Positions 36,761-48,959 are shown, counted from the first letter of the stretch. The stretch: DNA of 64,000 nucleotides from Dictyostelium discoideum (GCA_000004695.1 CM000152.2:4192001-4256000); one strand, 5' to 3'. Program-made: numbers and translations. The notes: generated from the letters alone by a model not told the origin.

Positions 36761-38881
36761 TTAATAATCATCTTCTTCATAGTTATTAAAATTACGACTT
36801 AATAAACTACCAGATTGAATTGGTTGAATTGGTTCATAATCATCATCATCATCGTCTTCTTTATTTGTTTCTTTTGGATTGATAGAGGTATTTTTAGAGG
36901 TGCCATCAGTAGATAACATTGCACCTACGGCAGCTTGATTATTTGATGCACCAGCCCCACCAAATAAACCCATAGTAACGAAATTTGGTTTGAAGAGACC
37001 TAATTTCTCAACGAGTTTTGCATTTCTAGTTCTCTTTTTTAATTCTTCTTCAGCGGCAGCTTGTGCATTTTCAGCAGATTTCTTACTTACAGGTGCTTTT
37101 CTCTTTCTTGGTGGTCTACCAGCTTTAATATCCTCCTCAATCTCTCTTTGTCTTTCTTCATTCTTTTCAATCCATTCTTTATTTAATTCCACCCAAATCT
37201 CTTCTTTCTTTTTTACAGTATCTTTATCATGTTCCAAGTAAAAATCTAATTCTTCATCACTTAAATTTTCCAATTCATCATTTGGTGCAAAAACTGATTG
37301 ATCAATTGTTGATGTTATAGTTGGGTATGATACAACAGAATCCATTGTTTTATTAATTGGTGTTGGTAAATCTATTGGTGCTGAACTCTCATTATTTTGA
37401 CTTGTAGTTGTAGTTGTTGTTGTTTGTGTGGTTGTTGTTGATGATGGTGGTGGTGTTGTATCTGGTTCTTGACTTTGACTTTCTTTAATTTTTTCATCCA
37501 TTTCATTTTTTACTTTTTGAGCTAAAGTTTTAATATCGGATTGAATTTTTTCAAACTTTTCAATATTCTCCAAAAGTGTTGTTGGAATTGAATCTACATT
37601 TGTAATATCCTTAATAGATTGAACATTTTGTGAACCTTTGACTATATCATTTGATTCTTTTTCAATATCATCATCATCTTTTAATAATTCTCTCTTTCTT
37701 TTTTTATTCTTCTTATTATCACCTTTAGTTTCTTCATTTAAATTATCTTCTTCCTCCTCTTCATCATCGTCATCATCATCTTCCTCTTCTTCTTCTTCCT
37801 CTTCACCTTCACCTCCTTTAATTTTATCTTTTTTATCTTTTTTTAAGTCTTGTTTTTTTTCCAATTTTTTCTCTATTTCTTCTTTATTTTCTTTTATAAT
37901 TATTTCTTTATTATCTTTATTATTTTCAAGTTCAAGTAATTTTTTTTTCTCTTTTTTTAATCTTTTTCTTTCTTTTTTTTCTTCTAAAAGTTTTAATTTT
38001 TCTTCTTCTTTCTTTTCTTTTAATCTTGCTCTTGTGAAAGAGGGTGGATCACATTGATCCTCTAAATCCATACCATTGAATTCATCGAATCTAAGGGTAG
38101 CAGTTGGTGTTTTTCTAAATTCATCTAAACGATTGATTAAAGTTTGTTCACCAATTTTAACGACATGAACGATTTCTTTCATTGATCTTTTGAAACCATG
38201 AATTTTTGAAGCGATATATAATGAAGCACCACAAATACCTGATGGCTTTCTACCAATTGACATCCAATCTCTCTTCATTCTAGCGACTAATTTATTAGCG
38301 GTCGCAATTACATCTTTAGTTTGATCACCAAACTCTAAGGCTGATGCAAATCTTTGAATGAAGAAACTTGGATCTACAATTGGTAATTGAATATTTAATA
38401 ATTTGATCAATTGAAGGAATGTACCAGCAACTATGAATACATTGACTTGAAGATTCTCTGAAAAGTCAATTAGTAGATGAGGTGTTCTCTCTCTACGACA
38501 AACTATATATAAACATGCTGCTGCAACCAATCTTGTTTGTCTACCTTTGGTGAAATTATTCTCCATTGCCAATTCAAAGGTTCTTTGTGCACTATCGATT
38601 AAATGACTTCTAATTCTTAATGAGTTACCAATTTGATCCAATTTTTTACGTGCATTCTCTACTGACATTGCCCTTGAATCTCTTCCTCCTAATGATCTAT
38701 AGGATGATGGTTTCCTAGTTGCACTAACAAATGTACCAACAATTGATGAATCTCCTCCAAATTGTACTTCTGATACAATGTTTGCTGATTCTTTAACTGT
38801 ACCACATGCTGTACATACAACACTACCTTCATTTGATGACGCAAATGAATCATTTCCACAATTTCCACAATTTTTTGACAT
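36761..38881 (-). CDS. TFIIB-related factor Brf1-like (RNA polymerase III TFIIIB 70-kDa subunit): N-terminal Zn-ribbon, two cyclin-like repeats and a long charged C-terminal extension.
   Basis: MSKNCGNCGNDSF..VVCTACGTV is a C-x2-C...C-x2-C zinc ribbon typical of TFIIB/Brf. Cyclin-fold-like repeat regions follow (..QTRLVAAACLYIVCRRE..; ..ICGASLYIASKIHG..). At 706 aa with acidic and basic low-complexity tails it is too long for TFIIB itself, which fits Brf1. Single uninterrupted ORF. Confidence 0.6.
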   Translation of the reverse strand: MSKNCGNCGNDSFASSNEGSVVCTACGTVKESANIVSEVQFGGDSSIVGTFVSATRKPSSYRSLGGRDSRAMSVENARKKLDQIGNSLRIRSHLIDSAQRTFELAMENNFTKGRQTRLVAAACLYIVCRRERTPHLLIDFSENLQVNVFIVAGTFLQLIKLLNIQLPIVDPSFFIQRFASALEFGDQTKDVIATANKLVARMKRDWMSIGRKPSGICGASLYIASKIHGFKRSMKEIVHVVKIGEQTLINRLDEFRKTPTATLRFDEFNGMDLEDQCDPPSFTRARLKEKKEEEKLKLLEEKKERKRLKKEKKKLLELENNKDNKEIIIKENKEEIEKKLEKKQDLKKDKKDKIKGGEGEEEEEEEEDDDDDDEEEEEDNLNEETKGDNKKNKKRKRELLKDDDDIEKESNDIVKGSQNVQSIKDITNVDSIPTTLLENIEKFEKIQSDIKTLAQKVKNEMDEKIKESQSQEPDTTPPPSSTTTTQTTTTTTTSQNNESSAPIDLPTPINKTMDSVVSYPTITSTIDQSVFAPNDELENLSDEELDFYLEHDKDTVKKKEEIWVELNKEWIEKNEERQREIEEDIKAGRPPRKRKAPVSKKSAENAQAAAEEELKKRTRNAKLVEKLGLFKPNFVTMGLFGGAGASNNQAAVGAMLSTDGTSKNTSINPKETNKEDDDDDDYEPIQPIQSGSLLSRNFNNYEEDDY

Positions 38882-38905
38882 TTTTTTTTTTTTAAAAATA
38901 AAAAT

Positions 38906-38945
<40 letters not shown>

Positions 38946-39268
38946 ATATATTTAAATTAACTTTTTTTTGAAAATTATGTATTTATTTCCTCAATTTTTT
39001 TTAAATTATTTATTTTGAATTGATATATTTTAAAAAAATAAAAAAAAAAAGATAAAATGTCGTGTTTGTTGAAAAAATTTTAAAAAAAAAAAAAAAAAAT
39101 TAAAAATATAAAAAATAAAAAAAAAAAAAATTGAAAAATTGGAGGTAAATAATGATTTAATTGTTTTTTTTTTATATATTAAATTAAAAAAAAAAATATC
39201 CAAATGAAATGATTATTTAAAATATGAAATTTTTATTTAAATAATATAGTGATATTTTATAATATTTT

Positions 39269-39313
<45 letters not shown>

Positions 39314-39395
39314 CTATTTTCATTTCATTTTTCATTTTTTTTTTTTTTTTTTTTTTTTTATTTTTTTTAATTAAATGTTTTAAAAATTAATTTAG

Positions 39396-39556
39396 TTGCC
39401 AAATATCATGACAATACCATCACTTGAAAAAGAAAATAATAGTAGTGAGAGTAGTGAAAATAAAAAAAGAGAACTTGAAATCACTGAAAAAGATAATGAT
39501 GTTGATAATAAAGACGATGATGATCAAGCAATTTTGAAAAAAAGAGTTAAAATTGG

Positions 39557-39653
<97 letters not shown>

Positions 39654-39920
39654 ACAGATGAAGATGGAGATTTTTTAAATAAAATTCAAGTTGATTATAA
39701 TAAAACTATTTATAGTGAAGTTTTACAAGAAAAGGATCAACACATTTTCAATTTAAAAAATAAAAATTATGAACAACAAAAACTAATAGAGAATCAACAA
39801 GATTTAATTAGAGATTTAAATAGAAAAATAAATTCATTGAAAATTAATTTTGGTGATTCAATAGAACCATTATTTTCATTAAATTTAAATTATGTTGATG
39901 AGTATGTATATTTATGGAAA

Positions 39921-39979
<59 letters not shown>

Positions 39980-41157
39980 AATAAATACTAATAATTTTTT
40001 TTAAAAAAAAAAAAAAAACAGTAATAAATTATCAGAATTAGAAAATTTTTTATTTGGATATTTTTATAATTTTAGTAAGAAAAATCAAAATAATTCAGAA
40101 CCTGGTGAAGTTGAAAAAGAGTATATACTTGGTAATATTTCTCATTATTATGAAGGTGGATTTGTATTAAATAGGTTTGGAAATAAAGAATTTGCAGATA
40201 TGGCTACAACAATACCTTATAATTATTCAAGAATTCCAATGTATAGAATTGATAAAAGTGATTTACACAATGATAATAATAATAATAGCGATGAAAATGA
40301 CCCAAATACTGAAGCTGAAAAGAAATCATTTAGTGGAATTTGTTTCAACTGTTCACAAAAGGGTCATTCTGTAAATGATTGTCCTTATACATATTCATAT
40401 AAAAGAGTTCAACAAAATAGAAAAGCATTCTTAGAAAGTAAACCAACAAAGCAAGTATTAGTAATAAAAATAAAAATAAAAATAAAAATAAGAATAAAAT
40501 AATAATAAAAATTTATTAATAATAAAATAAATAATTAGCGAAAGATATTTCTTAACAATTGAAAAAAATGAAAAGAAATTAAATGAATCACTGCAACAAC
40601 AACAACAACAACAACAACAACAGCCACACGATCTACCACCTCCTCCCCCTCCACCATCATCTCCTCCCCCTCCACCCCCACCATCACCTCCCAGAGTGCC
40701 ATTTCTACCTCCTCCCCCTCCTCCTCCTCCTCTTTCCCCCCCTCATTCTTCTTCAAGTTCAACTTCTACTACTATCACACCAACCGAATCAACATCAACA
40801 TCTTCATCCGCATCCACATCCACATCGACCTCAACATCAACATCAACATCAACATCGAAAAATAATAATAATAATAATATAGAAACTAAAAATACAACAT
40901 CATTATCAGAATCAATAATTAGTGGTGATGATATTGTTGTTGAATTTGATCCATCAAAGAATAAAAATCTTTTTATACAAAATACAAAAAGTACACAAAA
41001 AGAAGAAACTACAGAATCAAATAAATTTCAAGAAAATGAAGATTATATTGAATTTCCAAGAGACCTTTTTGAACAAGCAGAAAATAAAGAAACTGAAGAA
41101 TCATACTATAAAACAAATTATGATCCATCATTCTTTACAAATTTTATAAATTCAAAA

Positions 41158-41211
<54 letters not shown>

Positions 41212-41727
41212 TTTAATAACTATAATAATAATTTCAATAATTATAATAATGGTAACTATGTTGGTTATAACCAACAGTATGGTAACCAAAACTTTAATAG
41301 CAATATGTATGGATTTTATAATGGAAATAATAACATTAATAATTATCCATATGGAAATAATTATAATAATTATGATCATCATAGAAATAATATGTACAAT
41401 AGTAATTATAACAATAGTTATAATAATAATAATAATTTTAATAATTTTAATAAAAATTTTAATGGTTGTGGTGGTTTTGATGATAGAATGAGAAACAATG
41501 ATAGATATAGAGATTTAGAACCTAATAATAATAATAATAATTTTCAACAAACATTACCAACAACAAATTTAAATAAAAATATAATATCACCACCAAAACC
41601 ACCAAAATCGTCAACTATTTCAAATGTAACTACGTCAGTGGTAGTATTAAATCAACCAACTCCTATATCACCACCGCCATCACAAAATGAAGCTGTTGAT
41701 ATGGATACTGAAGATGGGGAATTGTAA
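39396..41727 (+). CDS. CCHC zinc-knuckle protein with a coiled-coil N-terminus, Pro-rich and Ser/Thr-rich segments and a long Asn/Tyr-rich prion-like region. Probably 3 exons: 39396..39908, 40022..40454, 40576..41727.
   Basis: Exon 1 ends ga|GTATGT (39909); its intron holds an (AAATAAAT)n tract and ends in (A)nCAG at 40021. Exon 2 is open in frame from 40023 and contains the knuckle CFNCSQKGHSVNDCP (C-x2-C-x4-H-x4-C). A candidate donor CAA|GTATTA at 40455 and acceptor GAAAAG at 40575 are phase-compatible with the ORF that runs from 40531 into ORF 40696..41727 (QQQQQQQQQPHDLPPPPPPSSPPPP...STSTSTSTS...NNYNNGNYVGYNQQYGNQNF...DMDTEDGEL-stop). The third junction is the least certain. Confidence 0.45.
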
Positions 41728-41859
41728 ATAAAATTTAAAATTTAAAATTTAAAATAATTTAGTTTCTTTTTATTGTTTTTATTGTTTTTAAATCTTTTTT
41801 AATTTTAAAATTTTGTGTTATTGTTTTATTGTTTTATTGTTTATGTTTTAAATCTTGAA

Positions 41860-41960
41860 AACCAGTATCAAAACAATGTAAATAAGAGAATTACCAGCAA
41901 GTATCCAAACTATTACTTGCTTTAATACGTTTATAACCAATGACCCAGGGTGAAGATATT
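41860..41960 (-). pseudogene. Decayed duplicate of the 3' end of the Nudix gene (the true copy is at 42818..42920).
   Basis: 41860-41960 (aaaccagtatcaaaacaatgtaaataagagaattaccagcaagta...ctttaatacgtttataaccaatgacc) aligns by eye, with many substitutions, to 42818-42920 (aaatcagtatcagaaccatgataaacaaaagaattaccagcacgta...tttcatacctttataaccattgaaac). It has no open frame. Confidence 0.55.
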
Positions 41961-42569
41961 TTTCACAAACTGTAATTCGTGAAGTTTGGGAAGAGCAGAT
42001 ACTCATACTGAGTTTGTTAGCATTCATTAGAAAATGTGGTGTCCATTTACAAGTTGAATCTGTTAAAGTTTCCAAATTATTAGATGATGAATTTCTCAAC
42101 CTCAAAAACATTGACCAAAATGAAATATTATATTACATATATATCAAATATAATTGTAATGGTTGTTCAGGAAATATCACAATATCTATTTTCGACCTCC
42201 TTTATTATCAAAGCTAAATGTCCAAAATGTGCAAGAAAAAGAGGAGAACATCAAATGATTTAAACAAATACCACTTGAAGAACATAAGTCCAATAGATCT
42301 TCAAGAACATCAAATATCATGGAGCACCATTAAAAGCAATAATATCATGAAAACGGATGATGGCCAACAACTTTTAAATTTTGTAATGGCAATCAAAGTG
42401 TATATTAAGAGATACATTGGATTCTATTGAAAACAAATATGCCATTTATAATAAAACAAACAAATGAATTGGCAACCTTTTTATTTGATAATCCATTGGG
42501 AAGAATAAGCCATATCTTATTAAATGACCATTTTATTTTTCAATTAAATGACGTTGAAAGAGTTACTAC

Positions 42570-42800
42570 TAAATAATTTAATTCAAATTTAAATAAAAAT
42601 ATAATACCACCAAAAACCACAAACTATTTCAAATGTAACTAACTACAACTAAATCCTATATCACCATCATCATCATCATCATAATCACAAAATGAAGCTG
42701 TACAGAAGATGGAAAATTGTAAATAAAATTTAAATTTTAAAATCTAAAATCTAAAATAATTTATTTTTGTTTTATTGTTTTTATTGTTTTTATTGTTTTT
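42570..42800 (+). pseudogene. Decayed duplicate of the last coding segment and 3' UTR of the zinc-knuckle gene (the true copy is at 41551..41860).
   Basis: aatttaaataaaaatataataccaccaaaaaccacaaactatttcaaatgtaacta...tcaccatcatcatca..cacaaaatgaagctgt..gaagatgg..aattgtaaataaaatttaaa repeats 41575-41760 with indels and loses the reading frame. The same ttattgtttttattgtttt tail follows both copies. Confidence 0.55.
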
Positions 42801-43929
42801 ATTGTTTTAAATCTTCAAAATCAGTATCAGAACCATGATAAACAAAAGAATTACCAGCACGTAAACTATTGGCGACAGCACTTGCTTTCATACCTTTATA
42901 ACCATTGAAACAATAATCATAAGCTAATCTTGAAACTGATTTTTGAAGTGGGAATGGTGTTTCGATCTCTGTGAATTCTTTTACAGGTGCCCATTTACAT
43001 TGAGCGATTTCAGATGGATCACTATTGATTTCACTTGACAACGGCTTAAGAGCACAGATAAAATATATGTCACCTCTGTTAAAGGCATAGTTGTGCAACT
43101 GACGAAGGCCAAGAATGCTCACAAACTCAGTACGAATACCTGTCTCTTCCCAAACTTCACGAACTGCAGTCTCGCAAATATCTTCACCTGGGTCGTTGGC
43201 TCCACCTGGTATCTTCCATTTATCAGGTCTTTGCTTCTCAGTGATCAATAGAATTTCATTACGGTCATTAATTACAACACCACCACAACCAATGAAATGA
43301 GAGGTATAGTGTGGTAATTTATTTGGTTCCCCGATTGGTAGCCATTTAGTCAACATTATGTAATTGGATTGGCAATGATGAAATGAGAATCCATTCTCTA
43401 CCAATGTTGGAATTAATATTGAATTAGTTTCTGGTATCTCTATCCAAATGCCTCTACGTTTATTCTCTGTCCAAAATTGTAAACTATTTTTAATGATTTC
43501 TTTAAATTTACTAACACTATCTTCCCCACTACCCTTTGGGTATTGTGTTGTATCTTTAACAATAATACCATCGAAAATATCTGGAATACCAGCTAATATA
43601 CCCTTTTCTATTAATTTAGGATCATTATATTTTTCATTTAATTCTATTTTCTTATTATCTAATAATTTACTACTTTCACTCATATTTTTTGTAATTTTTA
43701 ATAAATTTGTTTTTGTTGTTGTTGTTGTTGTTGTTATTGGTTTTGAACAAAAATATCGAATATTATTATTATTACAATTTAATTTAAATTTACTATTATT
43801 ATTTTTATTATTATTATTATTTTTATTATTTTTATTAATAGTATTTATGTTATTACAATTTATTTTTTTATTTATATTGTATTTATTTATAATATTTCTA
43901 AAAATTAAAAATGAAAATTGCGATTTCAT
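42799..43929 (-). CDS. Nudix hydrolase (NUDT6/GFG-like) with an Asn/Lys-rich N-terminal extension.
   Basis: Nudix box GGVVINDRNEILLITEKQRPDKWKIPGGANDPGEDICETAVREVWEETGIRTEF (G-x5-E-x7-REVxEExGI). Continuous 376-aa ORF; the actual start may be the internal Met MSESSKLLDNKK. Confidence 0.7.
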   Translation of the reverse strand: MKSQFSFLIFRNIINKYNINKKINCNNINTINKNNKNNNNNKNNNSKFKLNCNNNNIRYFCSKPITTTTTTTKTNLLKITKNMSESSKLLDNKKIELNEKYNDPKLIEKGILAGIPDIFDGIIVKDTTQYPKGSGEDSVSKFKEIIKNSLQFWTENKRRGIWIEIPETNSILIPTLVENGFSFHHCQSNYIMLTKWLPIGEPNKLPHYTSHFIGCGGVVINDRNEILLITEKQRPDKWKIPGGANDPGEDICETAVREVWEETGIRTEFVSILGLRQLHNYAFNRGDIYFICALKPLSSEINSDPSEIAQCKWAPVKEFTEIETPFPLQKSVSRLAYDYCFNGYKGMKASAVANSLRAGNSFVYHGSDTDFEDLKQ

Positions 43930-44245
43930 GAAGATTTATATAATTTTGAAAAAAATAAAAAAAAAAAAAAAGAAAAAAAAAATAAAAATTAAAAATAAAA
44001 AAAAATTAAAAAAAAATTAAATTCATAGAAAAATGGGATTTAAATTGATTCTGTTTATTTTTTTTTTATAATTATTTTTTTTAAAATTCTAAATATAAGT
44101 TATTATTGGTATTAATATTATTATTTTTAATTTTTTATTTTTTATATTTTTTTTATTTTTTATTTTTTTTCTAGAGTCACTAAATTCCCACCATCTAACT
44201 TTCTAGAATCATTAAGAATAAATTATTAAATATTAAAATTCATAC

Positions 44246-44277
<32 letters not shown>

Positions 44278-44632
44278 AATTTGATTATAAGGATTGGTTA
44301 AATTCCCTTTAATTAATAAATTATTGGAATTTAAAAATAATTAACCACCATTTGAAATAAATTTTTAATTTTATGTTTTTTTTTTTCATTTTTTTTTTTT
44401 ATTTTTTTTAAATTTTTTTAATTAATTGGTAAGATTTAATTTTATAATCACGAAAACTATCTAATTATTTAGTAATTACTATTGTGTGGGTATGTTTAAA
44501 TTTTTAATTATGATAATTGGATTAAAAAAAAAATAAAAAAATAAAAAAATAAAAAAAAATAAAAGGAAAAAAAAAAAAAAATAAAATAAAATAAAAAAAA
44601 AAAAAAATAAGGTTGTTTGATCAAAAAATGAA

Positions 44633-44664
<32 letters not shown>

Positions 44665-45186
44665 TTTATTAATTTTTAAAAATTTACAACCACATTTAAC
44701 TTTTTATCATTTTTTTTTTTTTTCTTTTTAAAAAACTATATCTCTGTAAATAAAATTTTCACACACACACTCACTCTAACCGTATACCCTTAAAAAGAAA
44801 AAATTAAAAAAAACAATAAAAAAAAATCATATGGTACAATAAAATATCACTCAATTAAAAGAAAACTAATAACTATATATAAACTATAGCTAAAATAAAA
44901 TAAAATAAAATAAATAAAAAAATAATAAATAGTTAAAATAATAAGGAAAATGATTATGAATCAATTGTAAGACTTTTCAACTTTTTTTTTTTTCCTTTAT
45001 CTTCATTATTTTTATTATTATTATCATTATCATTATTATACTAATTTAAATAAACCTATTTATTGTATAATATAATAATAATAATAATTTTATAGTAATT
45101 ATACATGTAATGTTATAAATCAATTTAAAAAGACAGTTTTAAAGACAGAACAAGATTTTATTGGAGCACCAAATGGAATTATCAAT

Positions 45187-45984
45187 GTGAATGAAAATAA
45201 TTTAGATTCTCCAACATTACCAAAGAATTATCATTTACAATCACCAACTAAATTACCTTATAGTGCATATATTGCTAATCATAATAATAATAATTCAAAT
45301 AATAATTCAAATAATACTAATAATTCAAATAATAATAATAATAATAGTTCAAATAATTTTAATATTAATGGAGTATCATCACTTTCACCAATACTATCAC
45401 CAACATCTATAAATAATACAAATTCACCACTATTAACTAGTGTTAATGGAGGAAATACCGGTAGTGGATTATCAGTTAAACTTAATTTATCAAATAATAA
45501 AAAATCAACCATTTATATATTAGTAAACATTGCAATATGCACTATAAGTAATTGTCATGATTCTATCATTATATTAGGACCATGTATTGATTTCATAGAG
45601 TTATCAGATTGTTCAAAATTAACAATCATTTCAATTACAAAATCAATAAGGATAAAGTATGTTTTTAAATGTATATATATATACACACACACACACACAC
45701 TAAAAATAAATTTACTAATTTTATATATTTATTTTTTAGATCATCAAATAATATTTCATTATATATTTGTTGTAATCAAAAACCTATAATAGCTTCAGAT
45801 TGTATTGCTATTAAACTTGCACCATATAATACACATTATCCAAATTTAGAGCAACAATTAATTACATCAAAACTATCAACAACTTTATCAAATAATTGTT
45901 GGAATACACCTATAATTTTAAATTCATTTTCACCTTTAAATTCTCCAAATATTACCAATACCGATACCAACACGAATAATAATA

Positions 45985-46021
<37 letters not shown>

Positions 46022-46077
46022 TAATGGTATTTATTTAACTATACCACCAAAACTACCTTTAGAACCTTTAGATAGTA

Positions 46078-46120
<43 letters not shown>

Positions 46121-46575
46121 TAATGAAGATAATATTGAAAATTGTGATAATGATAATGATAATGAAAATGAAAATGAAATTAAAGATGAAAAAATAATAT
46201 CAAATATTTATTCAATATTAGATGCAGAAGAGTTCTTTCCATTCACTGTACCATTTTTAATTAAAGGTAAAACAAAAAATAATCCTTGCGAATTACCTTT
46301 AAATTATGTAAAATGTTTAGCTTCAAAAACAAATTCTGTTCATTCATTACATAAATTAATTCAACAAACTACAAATGATCCAAAAACAAAAGCAACTTTA
46401 TTACATTTAATTGAATCTAAATTTCAGGTATGTATTTAAAATAAAATAAATAAATAATTGAAATTTTATTAATATTTCTTTTTTTAATTTTTAATTTTTA
46501 TTATTATTATAGGAATGGTTGGTTGAAACTGATAATATAAGGCAAATAAATGATTTAATTAATATGAAAAGATAA
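45187..46575 (+). CDS. TBCC/C-CAP domain protein (tubulin-folding cofactor C / RP2-like beta-helix), 3 exons: 45187..45656, 45740..46427, 46513..46575.
   Basis: Exon 1 ends aa|GTATGT (45657); its intron contains (CA)8 and ends in TTTTTTAG (45739). Exon 2 ends CAG|GTATGT (46428), and the next acceptor is TATTATAG at 46512. Exon 3 encodes EWLVETDNIRQINDLINMKR-stop. The domain signature spans the first splice: ..TIYILVNIAICTISNCHDSIIILGPCIDFIELSDCSKLTIISITKSIRIK-SSNNISLYICCNQKPIIASDCIAIKLAPYN. Overlapping ORFs 45187..45789 and 45669..46439 are the unspliced versions. Confidence 0.6.
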
Positions 46576-46956
46576 AGTTTAAAAAATAGACTATGAATGT
46601 ATATATAAATAGATTTTATTTAATTATATTAAATTATTAAATCAAAAAAAAAATAAAAATAAAAATAAAAAAAAATAAAATAAATGGAAAAACTTTAATA
46701 TTTAAAAAAAAAATCACTCATTCTTTTTATATTAAAAAAAAAAAAAACAATAGTTGGATTATTATTTTAGGATATTCCCAAAATAACTCATTTTTTCACT
46801 TTTTATTTTTTTTTTTTTTTTTATTTTTTTTTTTTTTAATATCAATTCAACTGACGTAGTGTTTTTTTTTTTTTTTTTTTCTTTTTCTTAAGTTTTAAAA
46901 CTACAATGATATTAAAATAATAATAATTTTAAAGTTAATATAGAAATTGAAATACT

Positions 46957-46991
<35 letters not shown>

Positions 46992-47017
46992 TTTTCATAT
47001 AATTTAAAAAAAGAACA

Positions 47018-48493
47018 ATGATTAGAGATAAATCATCAATCTATTTTCAATGTAGAGAAGAAGCAAAAATTATTAAAAAAGAAACAGATAAAAAAGAATT
47101 TTTAACATTTATGTCAGAAAGGTCATATAATAATAATCAACCTTCACAAATTCCATCTTCATCACCATCATCCTTATCATTTCCAAATATTTTCTTTAAT
47201 AAATCCTCTAATAATAATAATAATAATAATAATTATAATTTTAAAACATCGACATCAACATCACCATCAACATCATCATTTATACCATCACAACAACCAC
47301 GTGAAAAATTAGTAAATAAACCATACTGTTTTAATTGTGGTAAAGAGTTTGGAATATTTACATCAAAGATATCATGTGATTTATGTAATATTAATTTTTG
47401 TGTACCATGTATTAAAAAGATATCAAGTAAAGATATAACAGGTGTACTAAGAGAAGGACAAGTTAAAAACTATTGTCCTAAATGTGTATTTATAGTAACT
47501 CGTGAAGAAACATCTAGAAAATTTTCATTTTATTGTGAAAAAGCTTTACAAGATCCAATTTATTTAATTTTTAATGAAATCACTTTAGTTAGAAAATCAA
47601 TTTCTGGTTGTTTACCAAAGTATGTTAAAATATATTATTATTATTATTTAATAATAATAATAATAATAACACACAAACATTAATTAATTTTTTATTTTTT
47701 TATTTATTTTTGTCCAATAGTTTTGAATATTTAGCAGAATCAATTACAAATTTTAATAATGCATCAGCAAAAAATAGAGAAACATTTTTACAAGTTTATA
47801 ATGAAGTAATAACTTTACAAAATGATTTATCAGTTTTATTTAAAGATTTTGATAAAAATTTAAAACTTATTTCATCTTGTGGTGGTCCTTCAATAACTAA
47901 AAACCAAGATAAAGTTAAATTAAATATGAAATCAACATATATTTCATTTTTACAACAAAATTTACCAAAATTTAAAACTATTCAAAATGTATGTATTTAT
48001 TAATAATAATTATTATTTTTAATTTAATTTTTATTTTATTAATTTTTTTTTTCTCCTTGATTATAAGCAATTATTACATTTAGAAATGAATACTTGTACA
48101 AATACATATATTTTTTTAAGTAGAATATCATTAGATAATAGATTGAATAGAGAATTTTGGCAAAAATATGGTAATGCATTTCAAAATACAATTAGTATAG
48201 TTAAACAAGATTTATTTAATGCTACTATAAAATGTGGTGAAAATTGGGATAAACAGAAATCTATAATTGATGATCTAATAGTTTCAGAGGAGAAATCTGA
48301 TTTAAATCTATTTGTACCTCCAAATAAAGAGATTGAAAGCACTCTATTAAGAAAGAATATAGAATTTTTATCAAAAATTTTGGATCAAATTAATGTTAGG
48401 GTTAAACCTGATGAATTAATAAATTCAAAGGATTCAATCAAACAATTACGTGATAATTTATCAATTGTTCATAAACAAGGTTTAGTCTTTTAA
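47018..48493 (+). CDS. FYVE-like/8-Cys cross-brace zinc-finger protein with a C-terminal coiled-coil-like region, 3 exons: 47018..47619, 47721..47988, 48068..48493.
   Basis: The cysteine pattern is CFNCGKEF-x-CDLCNINFCVPC-x-CPKC, i.e. C-x2-C-x12-C-x2-C-x4-C-x2-C-x21-C-x2-C. Donors aa|GTATGT (47620) and AAT|GTATGT (47989) and acceptors CAATAG (47720) and TATAAG (48067) are all phase-compatible. They link ORFs 47018.., 47710.. and 48086.. into one frame. Confidence 0.55.
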
Positions 48494-48787
48494 TAATAAA
48501 AAAATAAAAAATTTATAATTTTATAAAAAACTACCTATTCGTGGTATATATATATATAACAAATATACTTGTATGTGGTATATTTGAATCATTTAAAGTT
48601 TTTTTTCAATTGGTCAAAAATTAGTTAAACTAATTTAATTATCCATTTTAATTAAAAGGTGGGATCAAGCTCTTTAGTATTTTCTTGGTTTCTACACCAT
48701 AACAATAAAATTTGTTAGAATTTTTTAAATCACCAAAAAAAATTTATCAACTTATTCGGGCAATTACCACAAAATCTCACCAACAAA

Positions 48788-48858
48788 GCGTATGTGGTCT
48801 AGTGGTATGATAGCTGCCTTCCAAGCAGTTGAACCGGGTTCGATTCCCGGCATACGCA
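48788..48858 (+). tRNA. tRNA-Gly (anticodon UCC), 71 nt, no intron.
   Basis: GCGTATGTGGTCTAGTGGTATGATAGCTGCCTTCCAAGCAGTTGAACCGGGTTCGATTCCCGGCATACGCA. It is near-identical to eukaryotic tRNA-Gly-UCC (established sequence family) and has the A and B boxes and the T-loop GGTTCGATTCC. Confidence 0.9.
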
Positions 48859-48905
48859 AATATTTTACAAAAATCAACATTTCCCGAACTTCAGGAATAG
48901 AACAT

Positions 48906-48920
48906 AAGTTCGACTCTTGG
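48906..48920 (+). promoter_or_regulatory. External B-box 48 bp downstream of tRNA-Gly.
   Basis: AAGTTCGACTCTTGG resembles the B-box consensus. The same element is found downstream of the inverted copy (55097..55110 on the minus strand). Confidence 0.5.
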
Positions 48921-48959
48921 GGAATTTCATTATAACTAGGTTCATTTGTGCTTTTTATA

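Larger units (their letters stand above)
48680..48930. repeat. Left arm of a ~250-bp inverted duplication that contains tRNA-Gly, ~110 bp of 5' flank and ~70 bp of 3' flank including the ex-B box. The right arm is 55090..55340.
   Basis: 5' flank atcaccaaaaaaaatttatcaacttattcgggcaattaccacaaaatctcaccaacaaagcg vs the reverse complement of the right-arm flank atcaccaaaaaaaattta...cttattcgggcatttaccccaaaatctcatcaacatagcg. 3' flank cgaacttcaggaatagaacataagttcgactcttg vs cggaacttccggaaaaagaacataagttcgactcttg. Confidence 0.7.

Noticed and set aside
42014-42430. ORFs 42014..42217, 42218..42430 and 41848..42111 (minus strand) in the duplication spacer
   Set aside because: They are adjacent short ORFs broken by stops in moderately GC-rich DNA. 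They are more consistent with a decayed pseudogene fragment than with genes.
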